A stretch of DNA of 64,000 bases from Ramlibacter sp. GTDB lineage: Bacteria > Pseudomonadota > Gammaproteobacteria > Burkholderiales > Burkholderiaceae_C. The translations under genes were made by a program, and so were the position numbers. The notes under the pieces are model-generated. The model saw nothing but the letters and a program-made list of their open reading frames with translations. It was not told where the DNA came from and searched no databases. How positions within the stretch are numbered: the first letter of the stretch is position 1; every line of letters begins with the position of its first letter. The DNA lies in assembly GCF_028291745.1 (NCBI RefSeq), contig NZ_JAQGNQ010000028.1, positions 12,674 through 76,673 on the forward strand. Direction: 5' to 3'. Shown here piece after piece: positions 1 to 8,369 of this stretch.

Positions 1-1
1 G

Positions 2-829
2 CTGTTCGGCTATGCGTCGTCCACCCTCAGCATCCCGGCGATGCCGGCGGTGGTGGAGCACAAGGTGCCCTTCTTCGCGCCTTTCACCGGCGCCGACACG
101 ATCCGCCAGCAGAACGAGTACGTCTACACGGTCCGCGCCACCTATGCCGACGAGATCGCCAAGATCGTCAACTTCTGGGGCAACCTGGGTAGCACGAAAG
201 TTACGGTCCTGCATTACGACGACGCTGTCGGCAAGCAGAACTTCGAGACGGTCGCCGCGGTGCTCAAGAAGTACGGCCGCACGCCCGTGTCGGTGCCTGT
301 CCAGCGCAATGCCGCGATCACCGACAAGAACGTGCACGACGTGATCGCCTCCGACCCCAACGTGCTGGTGGTCACCACGCTGTACGCACCGGCGGCGCAG
401 ATGATCCGCAAGCTCAAGGCCGCCAATCGCGCCACGATGGTGACGAGCCTCTCCTTCGCCGGCGCCAGCCAGCTGGCCAAGGCGCTGGGGCCGGACGCCA
501 GCGGCGTCTCGGTGGCGCTCACGGTGCCGACGGTGCATGCGCGCAACGTGCCGGTGGTCAAGGAGTGCAGCCAGGCCTGGACGGCGGCCGGCCAGAAGGA
601 CGCGATGTCCGTCACGGCGCTGGAGTCGTGCATCGCGGCCAAGGTGCTGGTCGAAGGCATGAAGCGCGCGGGGCACGATCTCACGCGGGCCTCGCTGCAC
701 CGCTCGCTGGCGGCGCTGGGCCGGTATGACGCCGGCGGCTACGTGGTGGATTTCAAGCCGGGCTTCCACCACGGCGGCAGCTACGTCGGCATGGGCCTGC
801 TCAAGCCCGGAGGCGAAGTGCGGGACTAG
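2..829 (+). CDS. ABC transporter substrate-binding protein, periplasmic-binding-protein type 1 (branched-chain amino acid type), 5' partial
   Basis: The frame of ORF 41..829 stays open back to base 2 (LFGYASSTLSIPAMPAVVEHKVPFFAPFTGA...). The sequence pattern is typical of Leu/Ile/Val-type binding proteins. The gene runs off the window edge. Confidence 0.7.
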   Translation: MFGYASSTLSIPAMPAVVEHKVPFFAPFTGADTIRQQNEYVYTVRATYADEIAKIVNFWGNLGSTKVTVLHYDDAVGKQNFETVAAVLKKYGRTPVSVPVQRNAAITDKNVHDVIASDPNVLVVTTLYAPAAQMIRKLKAANRATMVTSLSFAGASQLAKALGPDASGVSVALTVPTVHARNVPVVKECSQAWTAAGQKDAMSVTALESCIAAKVLVEGMKRAGHDLTRASLHRSLAALGRYDAGGYVVDFKPGFHHGGSYVGMGLLKPGGEVRD

Positions 830-831
830 GG

Positions 832-1338
832 TCAGCCGAGCACCGGTTCGTCCGGCAGCTCGTTGGGATTGGCCTCGCCCTCGCGCAGCGGAAAGTGCTG
901 CAGCAACAGCGCCGTCACTGCGTCGATGGCCTGCGTCAGGCCTTCCTCGTAGCGGCCGGCCCGAAAGGCCCCGGCCATCCGCTCGACCAGCTGCTGCCAC
1001 TGCGCCGCGCTGACATGCCGATCGAGGCCGCGGTCCGCCACGATTTCGATGGCGCGCTCGGCCAGCAGCAGGTAGATCAGCACGCCGTTGTTGTGCTCGG
1101 TGTCCCACACGCCCAGCTTGCCGAACATCGCGATGGCCCGTTCGCGCGGGGTGGCATCGTGCCAGAGATCGTCGAAGGGCAGCCCCGCCTCGACGTAGAT
1201 GCGCAACTCGCCGCTGTGCCGCTGCTCGCTGGCGGCGACCCGCTGCGCCAGGCGCTGCGCCACGTCGGCAGGGATCGCCCGGCGCGTGTCCGATTCATCG
1301 AGCCAGCGATGGCGCAGGAGGCGTTGCAAACGTCCCAT
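832..1338 (-). CDS. TPM-domain protein (DUF477-like, cytoplasmic member of the LemA-TPM-TPM cluster)
   Basis: Translation contains ...RIYVEAGLPFDDLW...GVWDTEHNNGVLIYLLLAERAIEIVADRG..., typical of TPM/YgcG-associated proteins. An ATG at 1338 overlaps the upstream stop by 1 nt. The track start at 1341 is a GTG. Confidence 0.75.
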   Translation of the reverse strand: MGRLQRLLRHRWLDESDTRRAIPADVAQRLAQRVAASEQRHSGELRIYVEAGLPFDDLWHDATPRERAIAMFGKLGVWDTEHNNGVLIYLLLAERAIEIVADRGLDRHVSAAQWQQLVERMAGAFRAGRYEEGLTQAIDAVTALLLQHFPLREGEANPNELPDEPVLG

Positions 1339-2243
1339 CACCAGCCTCCCGAGGCGCCGCCGCCCCCGAAATCGCCGCCGCCCCCGGAGCGGAAGCCGCC
1401 GCCGCCCCCACCACCACCGAAGCCGCCGCCGCCACCGCCCCAGCCACCGGGGAAGATCACCGGGCCGCCGAAGCCGCGCCGGCCACCCCCCAGCGGACCG
1501 CCGCCCGACAACAGCGCGAACAGCAGCGCCACGATGGCGGCGATCGCGGCCACCACCAGGCTGGAGGTGACCAGCATCGCGATCACGCCCACGCCGGCGC
1601 CAGTGACCAGCGAGCCGAGCTTGCTTCCGAGCATGCCGCGCAGCACGCGGCCCGCGATGGGCACCGCGATGAACAGGAGGATGGCCAGATTGAACCAGTC
1701 GAAGCCGGGCTTGCCGGGCGGCTGGTTCTGCGCCGGCGCTGCTTGCGCGGGCGCGGGCAGCGGCTCGCCGGAGATGCGGGCGATCAGCTGGTCGACACCG
1801 GCCTGCAGCCCGCCTGCGAAGTCGCCCTGCCGGAAGCGCGGGGTGATCGTCTCGTCGATGATGCGGCTGGCCGCGAGGTCCGGCACCGCGCCTTCGAGCG
1901 TCTTGGCGACCTCGATGCGGACCTTGCGGTCGTTCTTGGCGACGACGACGAGGATGCCGTCGCCGACCTGCTTGCGGCCGATCTTCCAGGCATTGCCCAC
2001 GCGGTTGGCGTAGCTGGCGATGTCTTCCGGCTGCGTGGTGGGCACCAGCAGGATGGCGATCTGCGTGCCTTTCTTCTGCTCGAAGGCCGCGAGCTTATCG
2101 TCCAGGCCCTTGATCTGGACCGCGTCGAGGGTGTCGGTCTGGTCGATCACCCGGGCGGTGAGGGCGGGGATGGGGAGGACGGCCTGGGCCGCGGCCAGAA
2201 GGCACCAGAGCGCCGCCACCGCAAAAGCGAACAGTCGTCTCAC
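1338..2243 (-). CDS. TPM-domain protein, YgcG-like, with signal peptide, TM segments and a poly-Gly C-terminal tail
   Basis: The N-terminus has a signal peptide. The TPM core reads LTARVIDQTDTLDA...QIAILLVPTT...GILVVVAKNDRKVRIEV. The tail is Gly-rich (GGWGGGGGGFGGGGGGGGF). The start is a GTG at 2243. Confidence 0.75.
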   Translation of the reverse strand: MRRLFAFAVAALWCLLAAAQAVLPIPALTARVIDQTDTLDAVQIKGLDDKLAAFEQKKGTQIAILLVPTTQPEDIASYANRVGNAWKIGRKQVGDGILVVVAKNDRKVRIEVAKTLEGAVPDLAASRIIDETITPRFRQGDFAGGLQAGVDQLIARISGEPLPAPAQAAPAQNQPPGKPGFDWFNLAILLFIAVPIAGRVLRGMLGSKLGSLVTGAGVGVIAMLVTSSLVVAAIAAIVALLFALLSGGGPLGGGRRGFGGPVIFPGGWGGGGGGFGGGGGGGGFRSGGGGDFGGGGASGGW

Positions 2244-2244
2244 C

Positions 2245-2372
2245 GGATGTCATCCCGGGCTCGACCCGGGATCCATGCCGTGGTGCAAGCGCCGCGTGGA
2301 TTGCGGGTCAAGCCCGCAATGACATCCAACACGGCGCCGCGTGGATTGCGGGCCGAGGCCGCAACGACATTC
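2245..2372. repeat. Composite of three short GC-rich hairpin units (family A), between lemA and the TPM gene
   Basis: The sequence reads ggatgtcatcccgggctcgacccgggatcc ... gtggattgcgggtcaagcccgcaatgacatcc ... gtggattgcgggccgaggccgcaacgacattc. Bases 2245-2327 are nearly identical to 25245-25330 in the same orientation. Confidence 0.8.
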
Positions 2373-2385
2373 GAGACCTCCATGG

Positions 2386-2985
2386 TCAGCGCGACGCCGC
2401 CGGCTTGCTGAAATCCACCGCGGGCGGCAGCGAGATCTGCGCCTCGTTCTGCACCGAGAAGTTCGGCTTCGGCTGGTAGTGGAACACCATCGCCGTGAGG
2501 TTGTTGGGGAAGCTGCGCGCCAGCACGTTGTACTCCTGCACCGCCTGGATGTAGCGGTTGCGCGCCACCGTGATGCGGTTCTCCGTGCCTTCCAGCTGCA
2601 CGCGCAGGTCGCGGAAGGACTGGTTGGCCTTCAGGTCGGGATAGCGCTCGCTCACCACCAGCAGCCGCGACAGCGCACCGGAGAGTTCGCCCTGCGCCTG
2701 CTGGAACTTCTGGAAGGCTTCCGGATTGTTCAGCGTCTCGGGCGTGACCTGCACCGAGGTGGCCTTGGCGCGCGCCTCGACCACCCGGGTGAGCGTGTCC
2801 TGCTCGAAGTTCGCCTCGCCCTTGACGGTGGCCACCAGGTTCGGCACCAGGTCGGCGCGCCTCTGGTACTGGTTGAGCACCTCGCTCCAGGCGGACTTGG
2901 TCTGTTCGTCCAGCCGCTGGAAGTCGTTGTATCCGCAACCACTGAGGCCGCACAGCAGCACCAGCATCGCCAGCCATTTCTTCAT
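2386..2985 (-). CDS. lemA: LemA family protein (lipoprotein-type N-terminus)
   Basis: MKKWLAMLVLLCGLSGCGYNDFQRLDEQTKSAWSEVLNQYQRRADLVPNLV... is a canonical LemA sequence. The ATG at 2985 was chosen over the upstream in-frame extension. Confidence 0.85.
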   Translation of the reverse strand: MKKWLAMLVLLCGLSGCGYNDFQRLDEQTKSAWSEVLNQYQRRADLVPNLVATVKGEANFEQDTLTRVVEARAKATSVQVTPETLNNPEAFQKFQQAQGELSGALSRLLVVSERYPDLKANQSFRDLRVQLEGTENRITVARNRYIQAVQEYNVLARSFPNNLTAMVFHYQPKPNFSVQNEAQISLPPAVDFSKPAASR

Positions 2986-3091
2986 CTCGGGTCCTTCGCC
3001 ATCCGCTCGCAAACTTGCGCCGCATGATATGCCGGCCCGGCAGCAGCGGGGCGGCGAGCGCTCAGGGGCTGAACAGCCCTAGCATCCGGCA

Positions 3092-3835
3092 ATGACGCAA
3101 GACCCCCTGCAAGCGCTGCGCGCCGCCACCCGCAATCCGCCGGCCACCGCCGGCAAGCCGCGCCTGCTGATCGCCGGTGCCACGGGCGCGCTCGGCAACG
3201 AAGTGCTGCGGCGGCTGGCCGGCTCCAGCGCCTTCGCGCACACCCAGGTGCTGGCGCGCGAACCGATCACCGCCGGCCTGCGCGGCGTGCAGGCCACGCT
3301 GGTGCCTTCGGATCTGCCCGCGGAGTGGCCGCCCGCCGCGGCCGATACCGGCGTGGTGCTGTTCGATCCGCCGCGCATGTACTACCAGCGCGAACGCGCC
3401 TTGTGGACGCCGACGCCGCAGGGTGTGCTGCCGCTCGCGCGATGGATGCGCGCAGGCGGCGTGCGCACGCTGGCGATCGTGCTGCCGCATGCGCCGGGCA
3501 AGCTGCCGGACGCGCTCAAGCGCGGCCTGGCCACGGTCGACGAGCAGGCGATCGCCGCGCTGGGATTCGAGCGCCTGCTGGTCCTGCGCTCGGCGCAGAA
3601 ACCGCGGGGGCAGCGCCATGGCAACGTGGGCAGCGTGCTCGCGCACTGGATGCTGTCGATCTTCAGGTACATGATTCCATCCAGCGAGCAGCCGGTGCGC
3701 GCCGTGAAGGTGGCCGAGCTGCTGGCCGTCGCGCTGCAGATCGCGCCGCCGGGCATCCACGTCGCCGGGCCCGAGCTGGTGTGGCAAGCAGGCCATCAGG
3801 ACGTGCGCGCGGTCGCGCGAGGCTGGCTCGGCTGA
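3092..3835 (+). CDS. NAD(P)-binding Rossmann-fold protein (atypical SDR/TIP30-like), function unknown
   Basis: A glycine-rich dinucleotide motif LLIAGATGALGNEVLRRL lies near the N-terminus. Its length (247 aa) and layout resemble NAD(P)H-binding domain proteins. Confidence 0.45.
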   Translation: MTQDPLQALRAATRNPPATAGKPRLLIAGATGALGNEVLRRLAGSSAFAHTQVLAREPITAGLRGVQATLVPSDLPAEWPPAAADTGVVLFDPPRMYYQRERALWTPTPQGVLPLARWMRAGGVRTLAIVLPHAPGKLPDALKRGLATVDEQAIAALGFERLLVLRSAQKPRGQRHGNVGSVLAHWMLSIFRYMIPSSEQPVRAVKVAELLAVALQIAPPGIHVAGPELVWQAGHQDVRAVARGWLG

Positions 3836-3850
3836 GGCGCCTTCGGCACA

Positions 3851-4318
3851 ATGGCGGCAGCCACCATGCGCAAGTCCAAACTCCAGCAGGCCCACCTCGA
3901 GGGCGACGCCGACGAAATCGAGGCGGCCTTCTACGATGCCCTGCAGCGCGGCGACATCGACCGGCTCATGGCCTGCTGGGCCGACGAGGACGACATCTTC
4001 TGCATCCACCCCGGCGGCCCGCGGGTGGTGGGCGCCACCGCCATCCGCGCCACCTTCGAGGCGATGTTCGTCGAGGGCGGCTCGGTGCGCGCCTGGCCCG
4101 AGCGGGTGCGCAAGACGGTCGCGGTGGGCAGCAGCGTGCACAACGTGCTGGAACGCGTCGAGGTGCTCGGCAGCACCGGCCCCGCCAATGCGTGGGTGAT
4201 TGCCACCAATGTCTACCACCGCACGGCCCAGGGCTGGCGGCTGGTGGCCCACCATGCCAGCCCGGGAACGACGAGCGAGATCCAGGAAGTATCGGATGCG
4301 CCAGCAATCCTCCACTAG
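3851..4318 (+). CDS. NTF2-fold (SnoaL/DUF4440-like) protein
   Basis: The protein is 155 aa. The pattern ...FYDALQRGDIDRLMACWADEDDIFCIHPGGPRVVG...WRLVAHHAS is typical of SnoaL-like/DUF4440 proteins. Confidence 0.55.
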   Translation: MAAATMRKSKLQQAHLEGDADEIEAAFYDALQRGDIDRLMACWADEDDIFCIHPGGPRVVGATAIRATFEAMFVEGGSVRAWPERVRKTVAVGSSVHNVLERVEVLGSTGPANAWVIATNVYHRTAQGWRLVAHHASPGTTSEIQEVSDAPAILH

Positions 4319-5360
4319 CAACTTCATTCAAGCCTACGGCGCCCCGTGGTGGCTGCCGGGCGGCAACCTGCAGACGATCTGGCCGGCCCTCATGGCCAGG
4401 CGCACGCGCGGCCCGGTGCCGGCCTATCGGCGCGAACGCTGGACCACGCCGGACGGCGATTTCGTCGACGTCGATTTCCTGGCCAGCGAGGTGTCCGCGC
4501 AGCGGCCTCTCCTGGTGCTGTTCCACGGCCTCGAGGGCTCCTCGCGCAGCCACTATGCCGAGGCCTTCGCGGACGTCGCCCGGCGCGGCAAGCTCGGCTA
4601 CGCGGTGCCGCATTTCCGCGGCTGCAGCGGCGAGATCAACCTGGCGCCCCGGGCCTACCACTCCGGTGACCACGAGGAGATCGGCTGGATCATGGCGCAG
4701 CTGCGCGCGCGCCATGCCGGTCCGGTCGTCGCGGTCGGCGTGTCGCTTGGCGGCAATGCGTTGCTGCGCTGGGCGGCGGAGGCGGGCGCTGCGGCTTCGC
4801 AGAACGTGGCGGCGGTGGCGGCGGTGTGCTCGCCGCTGGATCTCACGGCGGGCGGCCAGGCCATCGGCCGCGGCTTCAATCGCGCCGTCTACACGACCAT
4901 GTTCCTGCGCACGATGAAACCGAAGGCGCTGGGCAAGTGGGCGCAGCACCCGGGCCTGTTCGATCGCGAGGCCCTGCTGCAGGCCCGCGACCTCTACGAG
5001 TTCGATCGCATCTTCACCGCGCCCGTGCACGGCTTCACCAGCACCGAGGACTACTGGTCGCGGGGCTCGGCCAAGCCGCACCTGCACCGCATCCGCATTC
5101 CGGCGCTTGCGCTCAACGCCGGCAACGATCCCTTCGTGCCGGCGGCCAGCCTGCCGCGCGTGGAGGAGGTCGGGCCTTGCGTGACGCTATGGCAGCCGGC
5201 GCAAGGGGGCCATGTCGGCTTTCCGGCCGGACGCTTCCCGGCCCATGTGCTGGCGATGCCGGAGGCGGTGAGCGGCTGGCTGCTGCAAGCCGCCGGGATC
5301 ACTCGTTCGGTGCCGCAGGAGTGGCCGGAGTTTCCGGGGACGGTTCCGGCGGCGCCTTGA
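4296..5360 (+). CDS. YheT/ABHD-type alpha/beta hydrolase
   Basis: Reading from the ATG at 4296 (SD-like aggaag upstream) gives ...WWLPGGNLQTIWPAL...LLVLFHGLEGSS...GVSLGGNALL..., the YheT-family pattern. The 3' end overlaps convergent mrdA by 62 nt. Confidence 0.7.
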   Translation: MRQQSSTSNFIQAYGAPWWLPGGNLQTIWPALMARRTRGPVPAYRRERWTTPDGDFVDVDFLASEVSAQRPLLVLFHGLEGSSRSHYAEAFADVARRGKLGYAVPHFRGCSGEINLAPRAYHSGDHEEIGWIMAQLRARHAGPVVAVGVSLGGNALLRWAAEAGAAASQNVAAVAAVCSPLDLTAGGQAIGRGFNRAVYTTMFLRTMKPKALGKWAQHPGLFDREALLQARDLYEFDRIFTAPVHGFTSTEDYWSRGSAKPHLHRIRIPALALNAGNDPFVPAASLPRVEEVGPCVTLWQPAQGGHVGFPAGRFPAHVLAMPEAVSGWLLQAAGITRSVPQEWPEFPGTVPAAP

Positions 5361-7656
5361 AGGCCACCGGCATGCTGTTGGCCGCCACGGGCTGCTGCGG
5401 CACCGGACGCTGGGGTGACGGATGCCGCGCACCGGCCGCCACCCGCAGCCTGGCCGCCGAGGCTGCCGCCATGGCAGGCGTCGCCGATGGCGCAGCAGCG
5501 ACCGGGATCCCGGCCAGCTCGGGACGCCAGCGTGGCACCCAGGTCGTGCCCGCCGTGGGCGTGCCGACCGTGCCCGGTGCGAAGGCCGCGGCGATGCCGC
5601 TGTTGTTCGGCGTGAAGGCGGCGGCCACCGTCTGCTGCTGCGGCACGGACGCCATCTGCATCGCGGCACTGGCGGAGGGCATCGCGCCCGGCGCCGTGCC
5701 GCCGCCGTTGGACGGCGGCCAGGCCGCTTCGGCGGAACGCGGAGTACCGACCGGCGTGGTCGCCTTGCCCTGCTGCACCTGGGCGATGTCTTCCTCGCTG
5801 GGGTAGATGCCCTGCAGGTAATAGTCGAACACCCGGCGGGCGATCGGTGCGGCCACCGAGGCGCCCCAGCCGGCGTTCTCGACGATCATGGCCAGCGCGA
5901 TCCTCGGCTCCTCGGCCGGCGCATAGGCCTCGTACAGCGCGTGGTCGCGATGGCGTTCCTCGGTCTGCGAGGCGTTGTACTTGGCCCCCTGGGCGATGGT
6001 CAGCACCTGCGCGGTGCCGGTCTTGCCGCCGCTGGTATAGCCAGCGCCCTTGAAGGCCGCCGCGGACGTGCCCTCGATGTTCACGCCCTGCATCGCGCGC
6101 CGGATCACCGCCAGGTTCTCCGGCTTGGCGGTGAGCTGGCCCAGCTGCTGCGGCGCGACCGGCTTGCTCTCCTTGGTGACCACGTCCACCACTTCCTTGA
6201 CCAGGTGCGGCTTCATGCGCGCGCCCTGGTTGGCGATGGTGCCCACCGCACTGGCGATCTGCAGCATCGTGAAGTTGTTGTAGCCCTGGCCGATGCCCAG
6301 CGAGATGGTCTCGCCGGCATACCACTTCTGCTGCTCGGGCCGCTTGTAGGCCTTGCGCTTCCACTCCGTCGACGGCAGCAGGCCCTTGGACTCGCCCTGG
6401 ATGTCGATGCCGGTGAGATCGCCGAAGCCGAACTTGGACAACTGCTCGTGGATCAGGTCCACGCCCATGTCGTTGGCCACCATGTAGTAGTAGGTGTCGC
6501 AGGACAGCACGATCGAGCGGTACATGTCGATCACACCGTGGCCGCCCGGCTTGTCGTCGCGGAACTGGTGGTTGCCGAACCAGAAGTAGCCGGGGTCGTT
6601 GATCGCCTGCTCGGGCCGGCGCTTGCCGGTCTCCAGCGCCGCGAGCGCCATGAAGGGCTTGTAGGTGGAGCCGGGCGGATAGGTGCCGCGCAAGGCGCGA
6701 TTGAGCAGCGGCTTGTCGATCGACTCGTTCAGCGTCGCCCAGTTCTCCTGGTCGATGCCGTCGACGAACAGGTTCGGGTCGAAGGTGGGCTTGCTGACGA
6801 AGGCGAGGATCTCGCCGTTGCGCGGATCGATCGCCACCAGGGCGCCGCGCCGGTCCCCATACAGATCTTCCACCAGCTTCTGCAGCTTGATGTCGATCGA
6901 CAGCTTGACGGTGTTGCCGGGCGTCGCCGGCGTCGACGCCAGCTTGCGCACCGCGTGGCCGCCGGCGGAAGTCTCGACCTGTTCGACCCCGGTGATGCCG
7001 TGCAGCGTCTTCTCGAAGCTTTGCTCCACCCCCAGCTTGCCGATGTATTCGGTGCCGCGGTAGTTGGCCTGCTCGTCCTCGTCCCAGTCCTCGATCTGCT
7101 TCTTCTCGGGCTGGTTGATGCGGCCGATATAGCCGATCGCGTGGCTGGCGAGTTCGCCCCACGGGTAGTTGCGGAACAGGCGCGCCTTGATTTCGACCCC
7201 GGGGAAGCGGAAGCGCTGCACGGTGAAGCGCGCCACCTCTTCGTCGGTCAGCTTGGTGCGGATCGGGATCGAGTCGATGCTCTTGCCCTCCTCCTGCAGC
7301 TTCTTGAAGCGGCGGCGGTCGCGGCTCTGGATCTCGATGACCTTGGACAGGTCGTCGATCTCGGCTTCGAGCGGGCGCGTCAGGCGCGAGGGCGTGATCT
7401 CGAGCGTGTAGGCCGAGTAGTTGCTGGCCAGCACGATGCCGTTGCGGTCGAGGATCAGGCCGCGGTTCGGCACGATTGGCACGATGGCCGTGCGGTTGGC
7501 CTCGGCCTGTTCGTCCAGGTCCTCGTGGCGCACGATCTGCAGGTAGACCAGCCGCGCGGACAGCAGCATGAAACACACCAGCACGGCGACACACGCGGCG
7601 AGCACGCGGCCGCGGAAGCGGGAGAGTTCCTGTTCGACGTTGCGTAGTTCGGTCAT
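5299..7656 (-). CDS. mrdA: Penicillin-binding protein 2 (elongasome transpeptidase) with a long low-complexity C-terminal tail
   Basis: MTELRNVEQELSRFRGR...VPNRGLILDRNG...PGSTYKPF...SGGKTGTA shows the SxxK and KTG motifs. It lies directly downstream of mreBCD. About 165 C-terminal residues are rich in Ala/Pro/Thr/Gly. Confidence 0.9.
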   Translation of the reverse strand: MTELRNVEQELSRFRGRVLAACVAVLVCFMLLSARLVYLQIVRHEDLDEQAEANRTAIVPIVPNRGLILDRNGIVLASNYSAYTLEITPSRLTRPLEAEIDDLSKVIEIQSRDRRRFKKLQEEGKSIDSIPIRTKLTDEEVARFTVQRFRFPGVEIKARLFRNYPWGELASHAIGYIGRINQPEKKQIEDWDEDEQANYRGTEYIGKLGVEQSFEKTLHGITGVEQVETSAGGHAVRKLASTPATPGNTVKLSIDIKLQKLVEDLYGDRRGALVAIDPRNGEILAFVSKPTFDPNLFVDGIDQENWATLNESIDKPLLNRALRGTYPPGSTYKPFMALAALETGKRRPEQAINDPGYFWFGNHQFRDDKPGGHGVIDMYRSIVLSCDTYYYMVANDMGVDLIHEQLSKFGFGDLTGIDIQGESKGLLPSTEWKRKAYKRPEQQKWYAGETISLGIGQGYNNFTMLQIASAVGTIANQGARMKPHLVKEVVDVVTKESKPVAPQQLGQLTAKPENLAVIRRAMQGVNIEGTSAAAFKGAGYTSGGKTGTAQVLTIAQGAKYNASQTEERHRDHALYEAYAPAEEPRIALAMIVENAGWGASVAAPIARRVFDYYLQGIYPSEEDIAQVQQGKATTPVGTPRSAEAAWPPSNGGGTAPGAMPSASAAMQMASVPQQQTVAAAFTPNNSGIAAAFAPGTVGTPTAGTTWVPRWRPELAGIPVAAAPSATPAMAAASAARLRVAAGARHPSPQRPVPQQPVAANSMPVAFKAPPEPSPETPATPAAPNE

Positions 7657-7670
7657 GACTCCCCAACACA

Positions 7671-7767
7671 CTAGTCAGTTGGGGTCAGAGCACAATTTGC
7701 TGCGCAAATTCGTGATCTGACCCGCAAGGTCTTTGTCGCGTTGCTGCGCAAATTCGTGATCTGACCC
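7671..7767. repeat. REP-like palindromic element (family B), one full unit plus a half unit, between mrdA and mreD
   Basis: The unit ctagtcagttggggtcagagcacaatttgctgcgcaaattcgtgatctgaccc is followed by a second ttgctgcgcaaattcgtgatctgaccc. The reverse complement of the full unit matches 8306-8360. Confidence 0.85.
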
Positions 7768-7775
7768 ACAAGGTG

Positions 7776-8294
7776 TCAGAGGGGCCTATTCTCGTCCGGA
7801 TCCGGCGCCCTGCGTTGCGGCATCAGCAACAAGACGCTCACGACCGGCCAAAGTGCGGCTTCCAGCACGGGGGCCAGCAGGAAGCTGGGGCCGGGAAAGG
7901 CGCCGCCGGCCAGCAGCCGGATGACGAGTTCGATCCCGTGCGCGGCCAGGAACAGCGGCAGCACTTGCATCGCCTGCGAGGGCACCTTGAACCACAGCAG
8001 CCGGCGGTGGATGGTGATCGCGAAGTAGCTCAGCGTCGTGTACGCCAGCGCGTGCTGGCCCAGCAATGAGGTCTGGTGCACGTCGACGGCCAGCCCGAAC
8101 AGGAAGGCGGCCACCACGCCGATGCGCTGGGGCTGGTGCACGCTCCAGAACACCAGGGCGATCGCCAGCACGTCGGGCATCCAGGGCACCCGGCCGAACG
8201 GCAGCATGTTCACCATCAGCGCCAGGATCAGCGTGAACCAGATGAAGAACGGATTGGCGGGCAGCAGCAGCGGCTGCCCGGGGCGCATGATCAT
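7776..8294 (-). CDS. mreD: Rod shape-determining protein MreD
   Basis: A 172-aa polytopic membrane protein located between mreC and mrdA. The sequence ...FIWFTLILALMVNMLPFG...LVFWSVHQP... is MreD-like. Confidence 0.85.
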   Translation of the reverse strand: MIMRPGQPLLLPANPFFIWFTLILALMVNMLPFGRVPWMPDVLAIALVFWSVHQPQRIGVVAAFLFGLAVDVHQTSLLGQHALAYTTLSYFAITIHRRLLWFKVPSQAMQVLPLFLAAHGIELVIRLLAGGAFPGPSFLLAPVLEAALWPVVSVLLLMPQRRAPDPDENRPL

Positions 8295-8305
8295 GCTAGT
8301 TCCTT

Positions 8306-8360
8306 GGGGTCAGATCACGAATTTGCGCAAGCAAATTGTGCTCTGACCCCAACTGATTAG
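8306..8360. repeat. REP-like palindromic element (family B), inverted copy, between mreD and mreC
   Basis: The sequence is ggggtcagatcacgaatttgcgcaagcaaattgtgctctgaccccaactgattag. It equals the reverse complement of 7671-7723 apart from one indel and one mismatch. Confidence 0.85.
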
Positions 8361-8369
8361 TCGGGCTCC

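Noticed and set aside
895-2013. An ORF encoding poly-proline runs (PPPPPPPKPPPPPPQPP)
   Set aside because: It is the reverse-complement reading of the poly-Gly tail and body of the YgcG-like TPM gene. It has no SD or independent support.
7671-8360. mreD flanked by inverted repeats as a composite transposon or mobile cassette
   Set aside because: There is no transposase. The cargo is a core operon gene in its canonical position. The repeats are short REP-like hairpins. I therefore treat this as an RNA-structure or REP insertion feature instead.
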